Positions 28,802-38,213 of a stretch of 48,967 bases of DNA are shown piece after piece (within the stretch, counting starts at the first letter, position 1; each line of letters starts with the position of its first letter). Source of the DNA: Desulfobacterales bacterium (lineage in GTDB: Bacteria > Desulfobacterota > Desulfobacteria > Desulfobacterales > SG8-13). The notes beneath the pieces were generated by a model, which saw only the letters and a program-made list of their open reading frames with translations, searched no databases and was not told where the DNA came from. The DNA is taken from assembly GCA_049283795.1 (NCBI GenBank), contig JBAPWQ010000132.1:1-48967 (forward strand). Direction: 5' to 3'. The position numbers and the translations under genes were made by a program.

Positions 28802-30477
28802 TAATTCATCTCTTTCTGCGGCGAGCCGTCTGCGGCGCCGGCGCGGTTTTCCCGGGCCGGTAAAAAATGTTTCTGCATCCGTTCGATCAGCGGCATGAGG
28901 GTTGCGGACGTCGTGGCCGAAACCGGAATTCCGTCCAGCCGGACGGCCAACCCGCGCACCCGTTCCCGATCGACCAGGTCCTGCTTGTTCAACACCCTTA
29001 TGACCGCCAGCTTCTCGAGCTTCAGGTCGTTGAGGATGTTTTCCACCGCCTGGATCTGCTCCGGATGCCGCGGGTTGCTGATGTCGATGACGTGCAGCAG
29101 CAGGTCGGCGTTTTCGAGTTCCTCCAGGGTCGCCCGGAAGGCGGCCACCAGGTCCTGCGGCAAATCCCTTATGAAGCCCACCGTGTCGGTGATGATCACC
29201 TCGATGTCGCGCGGGAATCTCAGCCGCCGGCTGGAGGGGTCCAGGGTGGCGAAGAGCCTGTTTTCGACCAGTTCGCTGCTCTTGGTCAGGGTGTTCAACA
29301 GCGTCGACTTGCCGGCATTGGTGTAGCCCACGATCGAAATGATCGGCAGCCGCTTCTTGCTGCGCCGGGCACGCTGCTGCTTGCGCTGGCGGCGGACCAG
29401 AACCAGGGCCTTTTCCAGCTGGGCGATCCGGTCGCGCACCCGCCGGCGATTGATCTCCAGCTTGGTCTCGCCGGGTCCGCGCCCGCCGATGCCGCCGGTC
29501 AGGCGCGACATGGCCGTATTCTTGACGATCAGCCGCGGCAGCATGTACTTCAACTGCGCCAGCTCCACCTGGAGCTTGCCTTCGCGCGAGAGGGCGCGCT
29601 GGGCGAAAATATCCAGGATCAGCATCGTGCGGTCGATGACCTTGATATCGACCCGATCGGTAATCGAGCGGATTTGAGAAGGGTTCAAATCCTGGTCGAA
29701 GACGATCAGGGTGGCCCCGCGGTTGAGCGCCGTCAGGGTCAGCTCCTCCACCTTCCCGCGGCCCAGCAGGAAACGGGCATCGGCCTGTTGACGATGCTGG
29801 AGGAGGGCATCGACCACCTCGATGCCGCTGGAGGCCGCCAGCTCCTCGAGTTCGGCCAGCGAGTCGCGGGCCATGCGGCCGGGGGCGCCGGTGACGCTGA
29901 CCAGCAGGGCGCGCTCCCTGCCCCGCGCGGCGCGGTGCAGCGCGCGCAGCTGGCCCAGTTCTTCCTCCAGGGCCTTTATCAGGCCGAGGCAGTCGATATC
30001 GATCGCATTGGCCGCCAGGGGGGCCAGCAGCCGCCAGGGGGTCTCGGCCGGGGCGCCGGGAAGGATATGGGCCAGGTGGACGCGCGGCAGTTCGGTTTCC
30101 GCGACGGCCGTGACGATCCCCATCAAATCGAGCCTGAGCAGGGCCAGGTCGGTCAGGTCGTCCTTGGACGGCGGTTCGCCGTTCAGGTGGGTGTGCAAAC
30201 ACCGCAGGCCGCGCAGGCGGCCGGGCGCGGCGCGGTATTCGCCAAGGTCGGGGATGACGATTTTGCGATGATCGCCGACGATGACGGTGACGATCCGGCC
30301 GCCGCGGTCGATGAGAAGGCCGATCTGACGCCGGCTTTCGTTGGACAGGCTGCTCAGTTCGCGCGCCAGTTCGAAGGAGATGACCTGATCGGGAGAGACC
30401 CGGCGCCGGTAGAGCTTTTCGAGCCGCCGCGTCTGGTTCGCCTTGAGGCCGCCGGTGTTGCCGTGGAGCCGTTTCAT
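28801..30477 (-). CDS. hflX: GTPase HflX (with an extended N-terminal region)
   Basis: 558 aa. G1 GYTNAGKSTLLN, G3 DTVGF, G4 NKQD. HflX N-domain and linker helices (ELAQLKYMLPRL). Confidence 0.9.
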   Translation of the reverse strand: MKRLHGNTGGLKANQTRRLEKLYRRRVSPDQVISFELARELSSLSNESRRQIGLLIDRGGRIVTVIVGDHRKIVIPDLGEYRAAPGRLRGLRCLHTHLNGEPPSKDDLTDLALLRLDLMGIVTAVAETELPRVHLAHILPGAPAETPWRLLAPLAANAIDIDCLGLIKALEEELGQLRALHRAARGRERALLVSVTGAPGRMARDSLAELEELAASSGIEVVDALLQHRQQADARFLLGRGKVEELTLTALNRGATLIVFDQDLNPSQIRSITDRVDIKVIDRTMLILDIFAQRALSREGKLQVELAQLKYMLPRLIVKNTAMSRLTGGIGGRGPGETKLEINRRRVRDRIAQLEKALVLVRRQRKQQRARRSKKRLPIISIVGYTNAGKSTLLNTLTKSSELVENRLFATLDPSSRRLRFPRDIEVIITDTVGFIRDLPQDLVAAFRATLEELENADLLLHVIDISNPRHPEQIQAVENILNDLKLEKLAVIRVLNKQDLVDRERVRGLAVRLDGIPVSATTSATLMPLIERMQKHFLPARENRAGAADGSPQKEMN

Positions 30478-30492
30478 GGCCGTGCCGCCGCC

Positions 30493-31878
30493 TTATCCGG
30501 GAAACGGGACGATGTTGTCCTGGCTGGCCGGGTTTTCGAAGCGGGTGTAGGCATTCAGAAATACCAACGGCACCGTGCCGATCGGCCCGTTGCGCTGTTT
30601 GGAAATAATGATCTCGGCCTTGCCCTTGTTCGGGTTGTTTTCGTCCTTGTTGTAGACTTCGTCACGGTAGATGAAGGCCACGACATCGGCGTCCTGTTCC
30701 AGGGCGCCGGATTCCCGCAGGTCCGAGAGCTGCGGCCGCTTGTCGCTGCGCTGTTCGAGCATCCGGTTGAGCTGGGACAGGGCCACGACCGGCAGGCTGA
30801 GTTCCTTGGCCAGGGCCTTCAAGGCCCTGGATATCTCGGAGATTTCCAGTTCCCGCCGTTCCGCCGACCGCCGGCCCTGCATCAGCTGCAGGTAGTCGAT
30901 GATCACCAGCCCGATGTTTTTGTCGAGTTTCAACCGGCGCGCCTTGGCCCGTATTTCCATGGCGGTCAGCACGGGCGAATCGTCGATGAAAATAGGGGCG
31001 TTGGTCAGGGTGCCGGCCGCTTCGGTAATCTGCTGCCAGTGCTCCTGGCTGATGAACCCGGTGCGCAGCCGGGTCGAGTCGAGCCGGGCTTCGCTGCTGA
31101 GCATGCGCATCGACAGCTGTTCCTTGGACATTTCCAGGGAGAAGATCGCGACCGGCACGCCGGCATCGATTGCGGCGTTGCGGGCGACGTTCAGCGCGAA
31201 GGCCGTTTTTCCCATCCCGGGCCGGGCGGCCAGGATGATCAAATCGGATTTCTGAAACCCCGAGGTTTTGTGGTCCAAAAGGGTGAAGCCGGTGGTGACC
31301 CCGGTGATCAGGGATTTGTTCCCCTGCCGCTCCTCGAGCATGTCGATGTTGTTCACGATCAACTTGCTTAAGGGGTGAAAGGACTGGTGGGCCTTGTTTT
31401 CGGTTATTTCGAAGACCGATGCCTCGGCGAAGTCGATCACCTCATCGACCTCGTCACGGTCCTCGTAGCAGCGGCGGGTGATGTCGGCCGCTTTGCGGAT
31501 CAGGCTCCGCAGGCTGGCCTTGTCGTGCACGATTTTGGCGTAGTGCGGGGCGTTGACGGCCAGGGGCACCGTATCGACCAGGCGCGCCAGATAGGCGGGA
31601 CCGCCGACCAGGTCGAGCTGGCCGAGTTGTTTCAGATGGTTGGAGAGCGTCACCAGGTCGATCGGTTCGTTGCGGCCGAAAAGTTCGGTCATGGCGGCGA
31701 AAATTTTCTGGTGGGCGGTCTTGTAAAAATCATCGGCGGCCAGGATTTCGAGAACATCCAGCAGGGTGTGGTTGTCCACCAGGATCGCGCTGATAAGCGA
31801 TTCCTCGGCCGCGATGTTTTGCGGCGGCAGATGGACCAGGGAAGGGTCTGTTTCTTTGACAAGGGATCTCTCGGGCAT
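30493..31878 (-). CDS. dnaB: replicative DNA helicase DnaB
   Basis: 461 aa from the ATG at 31878. PPQNIAAEESLISAIL N-domain, Walker A ARPGMGKTAFALN, IIDYLQLM, QLSDLRESGALEQDAD. Confidence 0.93.
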   Translation of the reverse strand: MPERSLVKETDPSLVHLPPQNIAAEESLISAILVDNHTLLDVLEILAADDFYKTAHQKIFAAMTELFGRNEPIDLVTLSNHLKQLGQLDLVGGPAYLARLVDTVPLAVNAPHYAKIVHDKASLRSLIRKAADITRRCYEDRDEVDEVIDFAEASVFEITENKAHQSFHPLSKLIVNNIDMLEERQGNKSLITGVTTGFTLLDHKTSGFQKSDLIILAARPGMGKTAFALNVARNAAIDAGVPVAIFSLEMSKEQLSMRMLSSEARLDSTRLRTGFISQEHWQQITEAAGTLTNAPIFIDDSPVLTAMEIRAKARRLKLDKNIGLVIIDYLQLMQGRRSAERRELEISEISRALKALAKELSLPVVALSQLNRMLEQRSDKRPQLSDLRESGALEQDADVVAFIYRDEVYNKDENNPNKGKAEIIISKQRNGPIGTVPLVFLNAYTRFENPASQDNIVPFPG

Positions 31879-32256
31879 GGAGGCGGACCTGCTGTCGGGC
31901 GGTGATCTCGAATTGATGTGAAAGAAGGACGGCCCGTGTGCATGTGCACAATGTCGGGTGCCGCCCCGGATGCCACCACCCATCCCGTACCGGCGGCGCT
32001 GCCGGGGTACAGCTGACGATGACAAAGAGTTTTCTTGAAAAATTCCGGCGCCGGCCGGGCCCCAGGCTCCCCGGGCCCCTCGACGGGCCGGCCGCACACC
32101 GGCCCGGTCGGACAATCAGGCCGTGATCAGCGTCCTTGAGCGGGGGTTGCGGCGACACGCCGGTCCCGCCGCCCCTCGTTGCGGTCATTGCGGGCCGGAT
32201 ACTCGAAAAAGTCACCGGAGCCCTTTTTCGGACGCTTCCCGCTTCGGGGACCGGTT

Positions 32257-32703
32257 TCAGGATTCCGGAACGATTTCGACCGTGATTTCCGGCTCGACAT
32301 CCTTGTAAACCCGGATCGGAACCATGTGGGTGCCGATCTGCTTGATCGGGTCGGTCAGCAGAACCATCCTTTTCTCGACCGTGATGCCCTGCTTTTCGAG
32401 GGCGTCCATGATGTCCCGCAGGGTGATCGACCCATAGAGCCGGTCTTCTTCACTGACCTTGGCCGGGATGGTCACCGTGACGCCGTGGAGTTTTTCGGCC
32501 ATTTCCTCGGCAGTTTTCTTTTCGCGGGCGATCTGTACCTCGAATTTCGCTTTGACCTGTTCGAGTTGCTTGCGGTTCTGCGATGTCGCCATCAACGCCT
32601 TTTTTTGCGGGAGCAGGTAATTGCGGGCATAGCCCTTGGCCACATTGACTTCAGAGCCGATGATGCCAAGCGAATCGATTGTTTCCGTCAACAAGACCTT
32701 CAT
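32257..32703 (-). CDS. rplI: 50S ribosomal protein L9
   Basis: 148 aa from the ATG at 32703 (RBS ggagg upstream). MKVLLTETIDSLG...VAKGYARNYLLPQKKA. Confidence 0.93.
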   Translation of the reverse strand: MKVLLTETIDSLGIIGSEVNVAKGYARNYLLPQKKALMATSQNRKQLEQVKAKFEVQIAREKKTAEEMAEKLHGVTVTIPAKVSEEDRLYGSITLRDIMDALEKQGITVEKRMVLLTDPIKQIGTHMVPIRVYKDVEPEITVEIVPES

Positions 32704-32778
32704 GTCATAAACCTCCAATAATCGGAAAGGTGCGGCCGGCGGCGTCGTCCGGGCACGGCGAATTTGATGCCGGCGGGG

Positions 32779-33732
32779 TCAGTTCTTTTTCTCGATCCCC
32801 AGTTTTCTGAAATTCAACCACATGTCGAAAAAACCAAGGCCCACGACGACCAGCAGAACGAGTTGCTGCAAAGCGATGAGACTGTACAAAACGATGCGCA
32901 GCAGGCGCGGAAAGCGCTTTTTTTCAAAGTAGAATGAAATGATGGCGATACCCTGAAAAAAATACACCGTCATCAGGACCAGCAGACCGTTGATGCCGAA
33001 AATTTTGACGGTGTGCCCGGGAACCATCAGCAAGAGGCCGCACCCGATCACGCTCCAAACCAGCGGTTCGGGCGCTTTCCACAGATCGAGGCGGCCAAAG
33101 TCCGGCGACGGCAGGTCGAAGCGTCTGAGCAGCGGCCGCGACAGCAGCAGGCTGGTCCACGACAAGAAGAGCGCCGCCGATGCCGCCAGGGCCGGAACGA
33201 TGCGCACCAGAACGTACTGGATGCCGTCCAGGGCGTCCTTTATGGCGCCGATGGTGTCGGTCGGGACCCCCATGCTCTCGTAAAGTCGGAGCGAGGCTTC
33301 CAGGTTGGCGCGCACATAGCCGGCGGCCAGTTGACCGATGCCGAGCCCGGTCATGGTACTGTAGACCAAAACGATAAACAGGCCGGCCGCCAGGAGGGCG
33401 GCGCTGTTCAGCACGACCGTTTTTTCGACCGGCAGCCGCAGGGCAAACAGTTCGTAAAGGACGTAACCGCAGAGAACCAGCTCGAAAAAATAGAGCAGGT
33501 CGATCGAAAAACCGCCGAGCATCGGCACCAGCGTCAGGAGCGCGACAGCCGGCACCAGGCCGCCGCCGTACCGGCCGTGTTTGGCGCGGCTGAGCATCGT
33601 AGGCAGCGGAATGAGGACGGTGCAGAAGAACCCGAGGACCGGCGATCGAAGCGTCAAGACGAACAGGATGCTGGTGACGCCGATGCCGATCGCCATGTTC
33701 TTGAGTGTGTCGACGGAGCCGATCAGGGCCAC
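32779..33732 (-). CDS. DUF2232 (YybS-like) polytopic membrane protein
   Basis: 317 aa, GTG start. Highly hydrophobic multi-TM protein in the conserved position between rpsR and rplI. Confidence 0.65.
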   Translation of the reverse strand: MALIGSVDTLKNMAIGIGVTSILFVLTLRSPVLGFFCTVLIPLPTMLSRAKHGRYGGGLVPAVALLTLVPMLGGFSIDLLYFFELVLCGYVLYELFALRLPVEKTVVLNSAALLAAGLFIVLVYSTMTGLGIGQLAAGYVRANLEASLRLYESMGVPTDTIGAIKDALDGIQYVLVRIVPALAASAALFLSWTSLLLSRPLLRRFDLPSPDFGRLDLWKAPEPLVWSVIGCGLLLMVPGHTVKIFGINGLLVLMTVYFFQGIAIISFYFEKKRFPRLLRIVLYSLIALQQLVLLVVVGLGFFDMWLNFRKLGIEKKN

Positions 33733-33780
33733 GATCCTCTTCTCCGTGAGGCAGCCTGCGAAACGGATCGGCAGCCGCTG

Positions 33781-34047
33781 CTAATCCAGGCTGCCGACGA
33801 ACGGCAGCAAGGCGATGGCACGGGCGCGCTTGATCGCCAAGGTCAGGGGCCGCTGGTGTTTGGAACAGGTCCCGGAGATGCGCCGCGGAATGATCTTTCC
33901 CCGTTCGGTGATGAAATATTTCAGGTTTTTCGAATCCTTGTAGTCGATCTGGAGGCTGCTGTCGGCGCAGAACCGGCAGACCTTGCGCCGGTGGTAGATT
34001 CTTTTTTTGCGCGCGCCGCCGCTGCGGGGTCTGTAGGGGGGTGCCAT
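33781..34047 (-). CDS. rpsR: 30S ribosomal protein S18
   Basis: 88 aa. CRFC...IDYKD...[25 protein letters not shown]. Confidence 0.93.
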   Translation of the reverse strand: MAPPYRPRSGGARKKRIYHRRKVCRFCADSSLQIDYKDSKNLKYFITERGKIIPRRISGTCSKHQRPLTLAIKRARAIALLPFVGSLD

Positions 34048-34050
34048 ATC

Positions 34051-34536
34051 TTACTCCTCCTTGCCGGTTTCGGGTTCAGGCGATTCAGGTGTGACGGCCT
34101 CTGCCGGCTCCGTCTGCGCTTCGGCCTTGGCTTCCACGGCATCCGCGGGGGGGGATTTCTCGGCCGCCTGTGCCGCTGTCGCGGCTTCGGCCTTCTTCTT
34201 TTCACTCTCGGCGTGTTCGGCCTCGGCCTTGATCTTGTCGACGTCGGCCGCTTCATCGATCAACACGGTCAGATACTTCATGACCCGGTCGTCGATCCGG
34301 CAGAAACGTTCGATTTCATCGACGATGGTGCCGGTGCCGCAGAAATCGAAGCGGGTGTAAAACCCGCGGGGCTTTTTCTTGATTTCATAGGCCAGCTTGC
34401 GGCTGCCCCAATCGTCGCGCAGCACCAGAAAGCCATTTCCCTGGGAAATGGTGTCACTGATGCGCTCGTAAACCGGCGTCCGTCCGTCCTCGGAAATATC
34501 CGGATCCAGGATGATGATCGTTTCGTACCTGCGCAT
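34051..34536 (-). CDS. rpsF: 30S ribosomal protein S6 with a roughly 60-aa Ala/Glu/Lys/Pro-rich C-terminal extension
   Basis: 161 aa. MRRYETIIILDP...WGSRKLAYEIKK core, followed by a low-complexity tail. Confidence 0.9.
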   Translation of the reverse strand: MRRYETIIILDPDISEDGRTPVYERISDTISQGNGFLVLRDDWGSRKLAYEIKKKPRGFYTRFDFCGTGTIVDEIERFCRIDDRVMKYLTVLIDEAADVDKIKAEAEHAESEKKKAEAATAAQAAEKSPPADAVEAKAEAQTEPAEAVTPESPEPETGKEE

Positions 34537-34900
34537 GCGTCAAACTCCTCCTCGTGGCTGTAAAGCCCCGGGTCGCGCCCGGAGCAAGGATGAACCGGCG
34601 GTGGCCCGCCGGATGGAAAATTTTTTTGATACCACCGTTAACCGGACAATGTCAAGACGATTCTGGAAATCGGGTTTGCCGTCAAGGCCGGCCGCTCCGG
34701 CGACCGGCGGCTGGCCGCGTGTGCGGGGCCGACCGGCGCGCCGGGCTTTCTTTTTGTGTTGCTTTTCAGAGAAAATAATTTAAGCTTAGATCGAATTGTT
34801 TTTCGCATCGCGTCCGGATGGAACCTAAAGGGGCCTCGATGCCGAGGGCCCGGAAAAAAATATCGTCGCGGTCACACCTTTTACCGGCTGGAGGGATACA

Positions 34901-35599
34901 ATGAAAAACGTGCGCCACGGGTTTGCCATATTTTTCGCCGTTGTTACCATGACTGCACTGATCGCTGGTGCCGCGCCGCCGGCCGCCGCCGAAGTGAGCG
35001 CACAGCAGGGCCTCGTGGATGCGGCCCTGGTGACGTTCAACAATTTCATGCGGGCGGAGAGCATGACCTGGCTGCGCGACCACCTGCACGAAGCCAGGGG
35101 CCTGCTGATCATTCCCAACCTGCTCAGAGGCGGATTCATTCTCGGGGGCTCCGGCGGCCGCGGGGTGCTGCTCGTCAGGGATGCCAAGGGGCAATGGAGC
35201 CCGCCGGCTTACTACAGCCTCGGGTCGGTGAATTTCGGGCTGCTGATCGGCGGAGAGGCCGCCGAAGTGCTGATGGTGATCCGCACCCAGGCCGCCGTGG
35301 ACAAACTGCTGGCCTCTTCCTCCTTCAAGCTCGGAGGGGACCTGGCCATTACGGTCGGACCGTTCGGCGGCGGGGCGAAGACCAACATCATGGCCGATAT
35401 TTATTCGTTTGCCCTCTCCAGGGGCCTGTATGTCGGCGTCTCCCTGGAAGGCGCAATCGTCGCGACCCGCGACGAATGGAACGCCGCCTACTACGGCGGG
35501 GCCGTGTCACCGGCCGAAATACTCATCCTGAATTCCGTCAGCAACCCGGGCGCGGAAAACCTGCGGCAGGCCATCGCTCAGGCGGCCGTGGTCAGATAA
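34901..35599 (+). CDS. secreted SYLF (Ysc84/DUF500) domain protein, paralog 2
   Basis: 232 aa. Signal peptide, then ARGLLIIPNLLRGGFILGGSGGRGVLLVRD...WSPPAYYSLGSVNFGLLIGG. Confidence 0.8.
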   Translation: MKNVRHGFAIFFAVVTMTALIAGAAPPAAAEVSAQQGLVDAALVTFNNFMRAESMTWLRDHLHEARGLLIIPNLLRGGFILGGSGGRGVLLVRDAKGQWSPPAYYSLGSVNFGLLIGGEAAEVLMVIRTQAAVDKLLASSSFKLGGDLAITVGPFGGGAKTNIMADIYSFALSRGLYVGVSLEGAIVATRDEWNAAYYGGAVSPAEILILNSVSNPGAENLRQAIAQAAVVR

Positions 35600-35635
35600 C
35601 GCCTGCTGCCGCTGTGCGCTTTTTTTCCCCACCGA

Positions 35636-35665
35636 TTACCATTTACTTCCCATGTCTGCTATAAT
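35636..35665 (+). promoter_or_regulatory. possible sigma-70 promoter TTACCA-N18-TATAAT upstream of sucrose synthase
   Basis: Perfect -10 TATAAT at 35660-35665 and a weak -35 at 35636-35641, about 80 nt upstream of the ATG at 35744. Confidence 0.3.
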
Positions 35666-35743
35666 CATAGTCCTGACGGCGGCGGCCAAGGGGGCCTGGG
35701 CCGTCGATCGAGTTGAATCGCCGTCCACAAACCGCGAGGTGGC

Positions 35744-38146
35744 ATGCTGAATGAACTGGACGAGATCCTGGAAAAGGACGAGCGCAAGGACTTCAGGGAG
35801 TATATCGCCCTGCTGATCAACCAGGAGCAGCAGTTTTTCCTGCGCAACGAGATTCTCTGCCACTGGCGCGGGTATTGCGACGCGAAGAATAAACCGCCGC
35901 ATTTCGAGGACACCTCTTCCATTTCCGCATTTCTTAAAAAAGTTCAGGAACTTTTCATTCTCGAAGATCGCATCGTCATCCTGCACCGCTTCGAGATCGC
36001 CCGCTACCGGTATTATCTTCTGGGGTGCGACGGGGATTTCATGGAAGAAATCGACCGGCGGTCTTTCCTGGACTTGAAGGACCGCTACGTTCTGGCGGGC
36101 CGAGGCGCGGGCACCCACCTGCACCTCGATTTCGTTCCGTTCTACGATTATTCACCCTCGATCCGCGACACCCGGACCATCGGCAACGGCATCCGGTTCC
36201 TCAACCGCTACCTGTGCAGCAGCATCTTCAGCCGGCCGGACGAATGGAACACCAAGCTGTTCGATTTCATCAAGCTTCACAATCACAACGGGCGCCAGCT
36301 GCTGGTCAACGGCGCCGTGATCAAGGATTTCGAGACCTTTTTCAGCACGCTCGAGCGCACCGTCAAGCGCCTCAAGGGCCGCCCGGCCGAAACCCCCTTC
36401 GCCGCGGTTGAATCCGAGCTGCAGCAGCGCGGTCTCGAGGTCGGCTGGGGCGACACGGTCGGGCGCATCCTCGAGACCATGCAGCTGCTGATCGATCTGC
36501 TCGGCGAGCCGAGCGTGTCGCTGATGGAACAGTTCATTTCGCGGGTGCCGATGCCGCTGATCTCCAAGATCGCCATCGTGTCGCCGCACGGCTGGTTCGG
36601 CCAGACCAACGTGCTCGGCAAGCCCGACACCGGCGGCCAGGTGATTTACATTCTCGACCAGGTGCGGGCGCTCGAAAAGCACCTGCGCGAGGAAATCCGT
36701 TTGACGGGACTGGCGGTGGAGCCCCAGATCATCGTTGTGACGCGCCTGATTCCCGATGCGGGCGACACCACCTGCGGGCAGCGCCGGGAGAAGATTTTTC
36801 AAACCCGCAACGGGTGGATCCTGCGCGTTCCTTTCCGCGACAAGGATTACACCGTCGTGCCGCACTGGATTTCCCGTTTCAAGATCTGGCCCTATCTCGA
36901 GGATTTCGCGGCCGACGCGGCCACGGAACTCAGCGGCGAGTTCGAGGGCCGGCCCGATCTGATCATCGGCAATTATTCGGACGGCAACCTGGTGGCCACG
37001 CTGCTCTCCGACAAGTTCGACGTGATCCAGTGCACGATCGCCCACGCGCTTGAAAAAACCAAGTATCTCTTCTCGGACATGTACTGGTTCGACAAGGAGG
37101 ACGACTATCACTTCTCGCTGCAGTTTTCGGCCGACATGCTCTCGATGAACAAGTCGGATTTCATCATCACCAGCACCCACCAGGAGATTATCGGCACCGA
37201 AGACACCATGGGCCAATACGAATCCTACCAGTCGTTCAGCCTGCCCGGCCTCTACCAGGTGCAAAGCGGCATCAACCTCTTTGCGCCCAAGTTCAACGTG
37301 ATTCCGCCGGGGGTCGACGAAAACCTCTATTTCCCGTACACCGAGACGGAAAAACGGCTCGATGCCCAGCGGCGTTTCTGGCACGACCGGCTGCTGGGCG
37401 AGCGCGGCGCGGATGTTTTCGGCACTCTGAAAGACCCGGACAAACCGGCGCTGTTCACCATGGCGCGTTTCGACAAAATCAAGAACATCACCGGTCTGAT
37501 CGAGGCTTTCGGGATGAGCCGCCGGCTCAGGGAGCACTACAACCTGATTTTTGCCGCCGGCACCATCGATGCCGAAGCCTCGCAGGATGCCGAGGAGCGC
37601 GAGGAAATCGCGAAGGCCTACCGCCTGATCGAGCGCTACGCGCTGACGGATTGCCTGCGCTGGCTGCCGAGCATCAGCAAGCCCGAGACCGGCGAGGTGT
37701 ATCGCATCATCGCCGACAACGGCGGGATTTTCGTGCAGCCGGCGTTTTTCGAGGCCTTCGGGCTGACCATCCTGGAAGCGATGGCCTCGGGCCTGCCGAC
37801 TTTCGGGCCCCAGTTCGGCGGTCCGCTGGAAATCATCGAGCCCGGGGTGAGCGGGCTGCTGCTCAACACCAGCAAGCCAGAGTTCATCGCCGCCGCCCTG
37901 GAGGAATTCCTCGACGGCTGCCAGGCCGATCCCGGCAACTGGGAGAGGCTGTCGGTCAACGGCATCCGCCGGGTCCGGGATCATTTCAACTGGCACCTGT
38001 ACAGCCGGCGGCTGATCAACCTGTCCAAACTCTACGGCTTCTGGCGCTATTCGGTGTCGGGCAAGGGCAAGGTCGGGCTGGACCGCTACTGCGACGCCCT
38101 GTACCACTTCCTGATCCGGGAGCGCGCCCGGCAGATGGCCGGATAG
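35744..38146 (+). CDS. sucrose synthase (UDP/ADP-glucose:fructose glucosyltransferase, GT4)
   Basis: 800 aa, the usual size for sucrose synthase. N-terminal regulatory region, GKPDTGGQVIYILDQVRALE block (plant/cyanobacterial SuS read PDTGGQVVYILDQVRALE), and GT-B C-terminal EAFGLTILEAMASGLPTF. Confidence 0.85.
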   Translation: MLNELDEILEKDERKDFREYIALLINQEQQFFLRNEILCHWRGYCDAKNKPPHFEDTSSISAFLKKVQELFILEDRIVILHRFEIARYRYYLLGCDGDFMEEIDRRSFLDLKDRYVLAGRGAGTHLHLDFVPFYDYSPSIRDTRTIGNGIRFLNRYLCSSIFSRPDEWNTKLFDFIKLHNHNGRQLLVNGAVIKDFETFFSTLERTVKRLKGRPAETPFAAVESELQQRGLEVGWGDTVGRILETMQLLIDLLGEPSVSLMEQFISRVPMPLISKIAIVSPHGWFGQTNVLGKPDTGGQVIYILDQVRALEKHLREEIRLTGLAVEPQIIVVTRLIPDAGDTTCGQRREKIFQTRNGWILRVPFRDKDYTVVPHWISRFKIWPYLEDFAADAATELSGEFEGRPDLIIGNYSDGNLVATLLSDKFDVIQCTIAHALEKTKYLFSDMYWFDKEDDYHFSLQFSADMLSMNKSDFIITSTHQEIIGTEDTMGQYESYQSFSLPGLYQVQSGINLFAPKFNVIPPGVDENLYFPYTETEKRLDAQRRFWHDRLLGERGADVFGTLKDPDKPALFTMARFDKIKNITGLIEAFGMSRRLREHYNLIFAAGTIDAEASQDAEEREEIAKAYRLIERYALTDCLRWLPSISKPETGEVYRIIADNGGIFVQPAFFEAFGLTILEAMASGLPTFGPQFGGPLEIIEPGVSGLLLNTSKPEFIAAALEEFLDGCQADPGNWERLSVNGIRRVRDHFNWHLYSRRLINLSKLYGFWRYSVSGKGKVGLDRYCDALYHFLIRERARQMAG

Positions 38147-38213
38147 CGGTTGGTTCTGAAACCGGTGCCGGCGGCAGAAAACAGATCGCCGAGCCGCCCC
38201 CCGGCGCCGCATC

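Noticed and set aside
36152-38212. Very long antisense or alternative-frame ORFs: 36152-38212 (686 aa), 28867-31371 (834 aa), 23229-25769 (846 aa), 3093-4379 (428 aa), 19139-20140 and many others.
   Set aside because: They lie opposite or out of frame to genes with clear family motifs (sucrose synthase, hflX/dnaB, uvrA, RND permease, moaA). Their translations are R/G/P/A/D-rich low-complexity sequence. This is the typical stop-codon-poor shadow ORF of GC-rich DNA.
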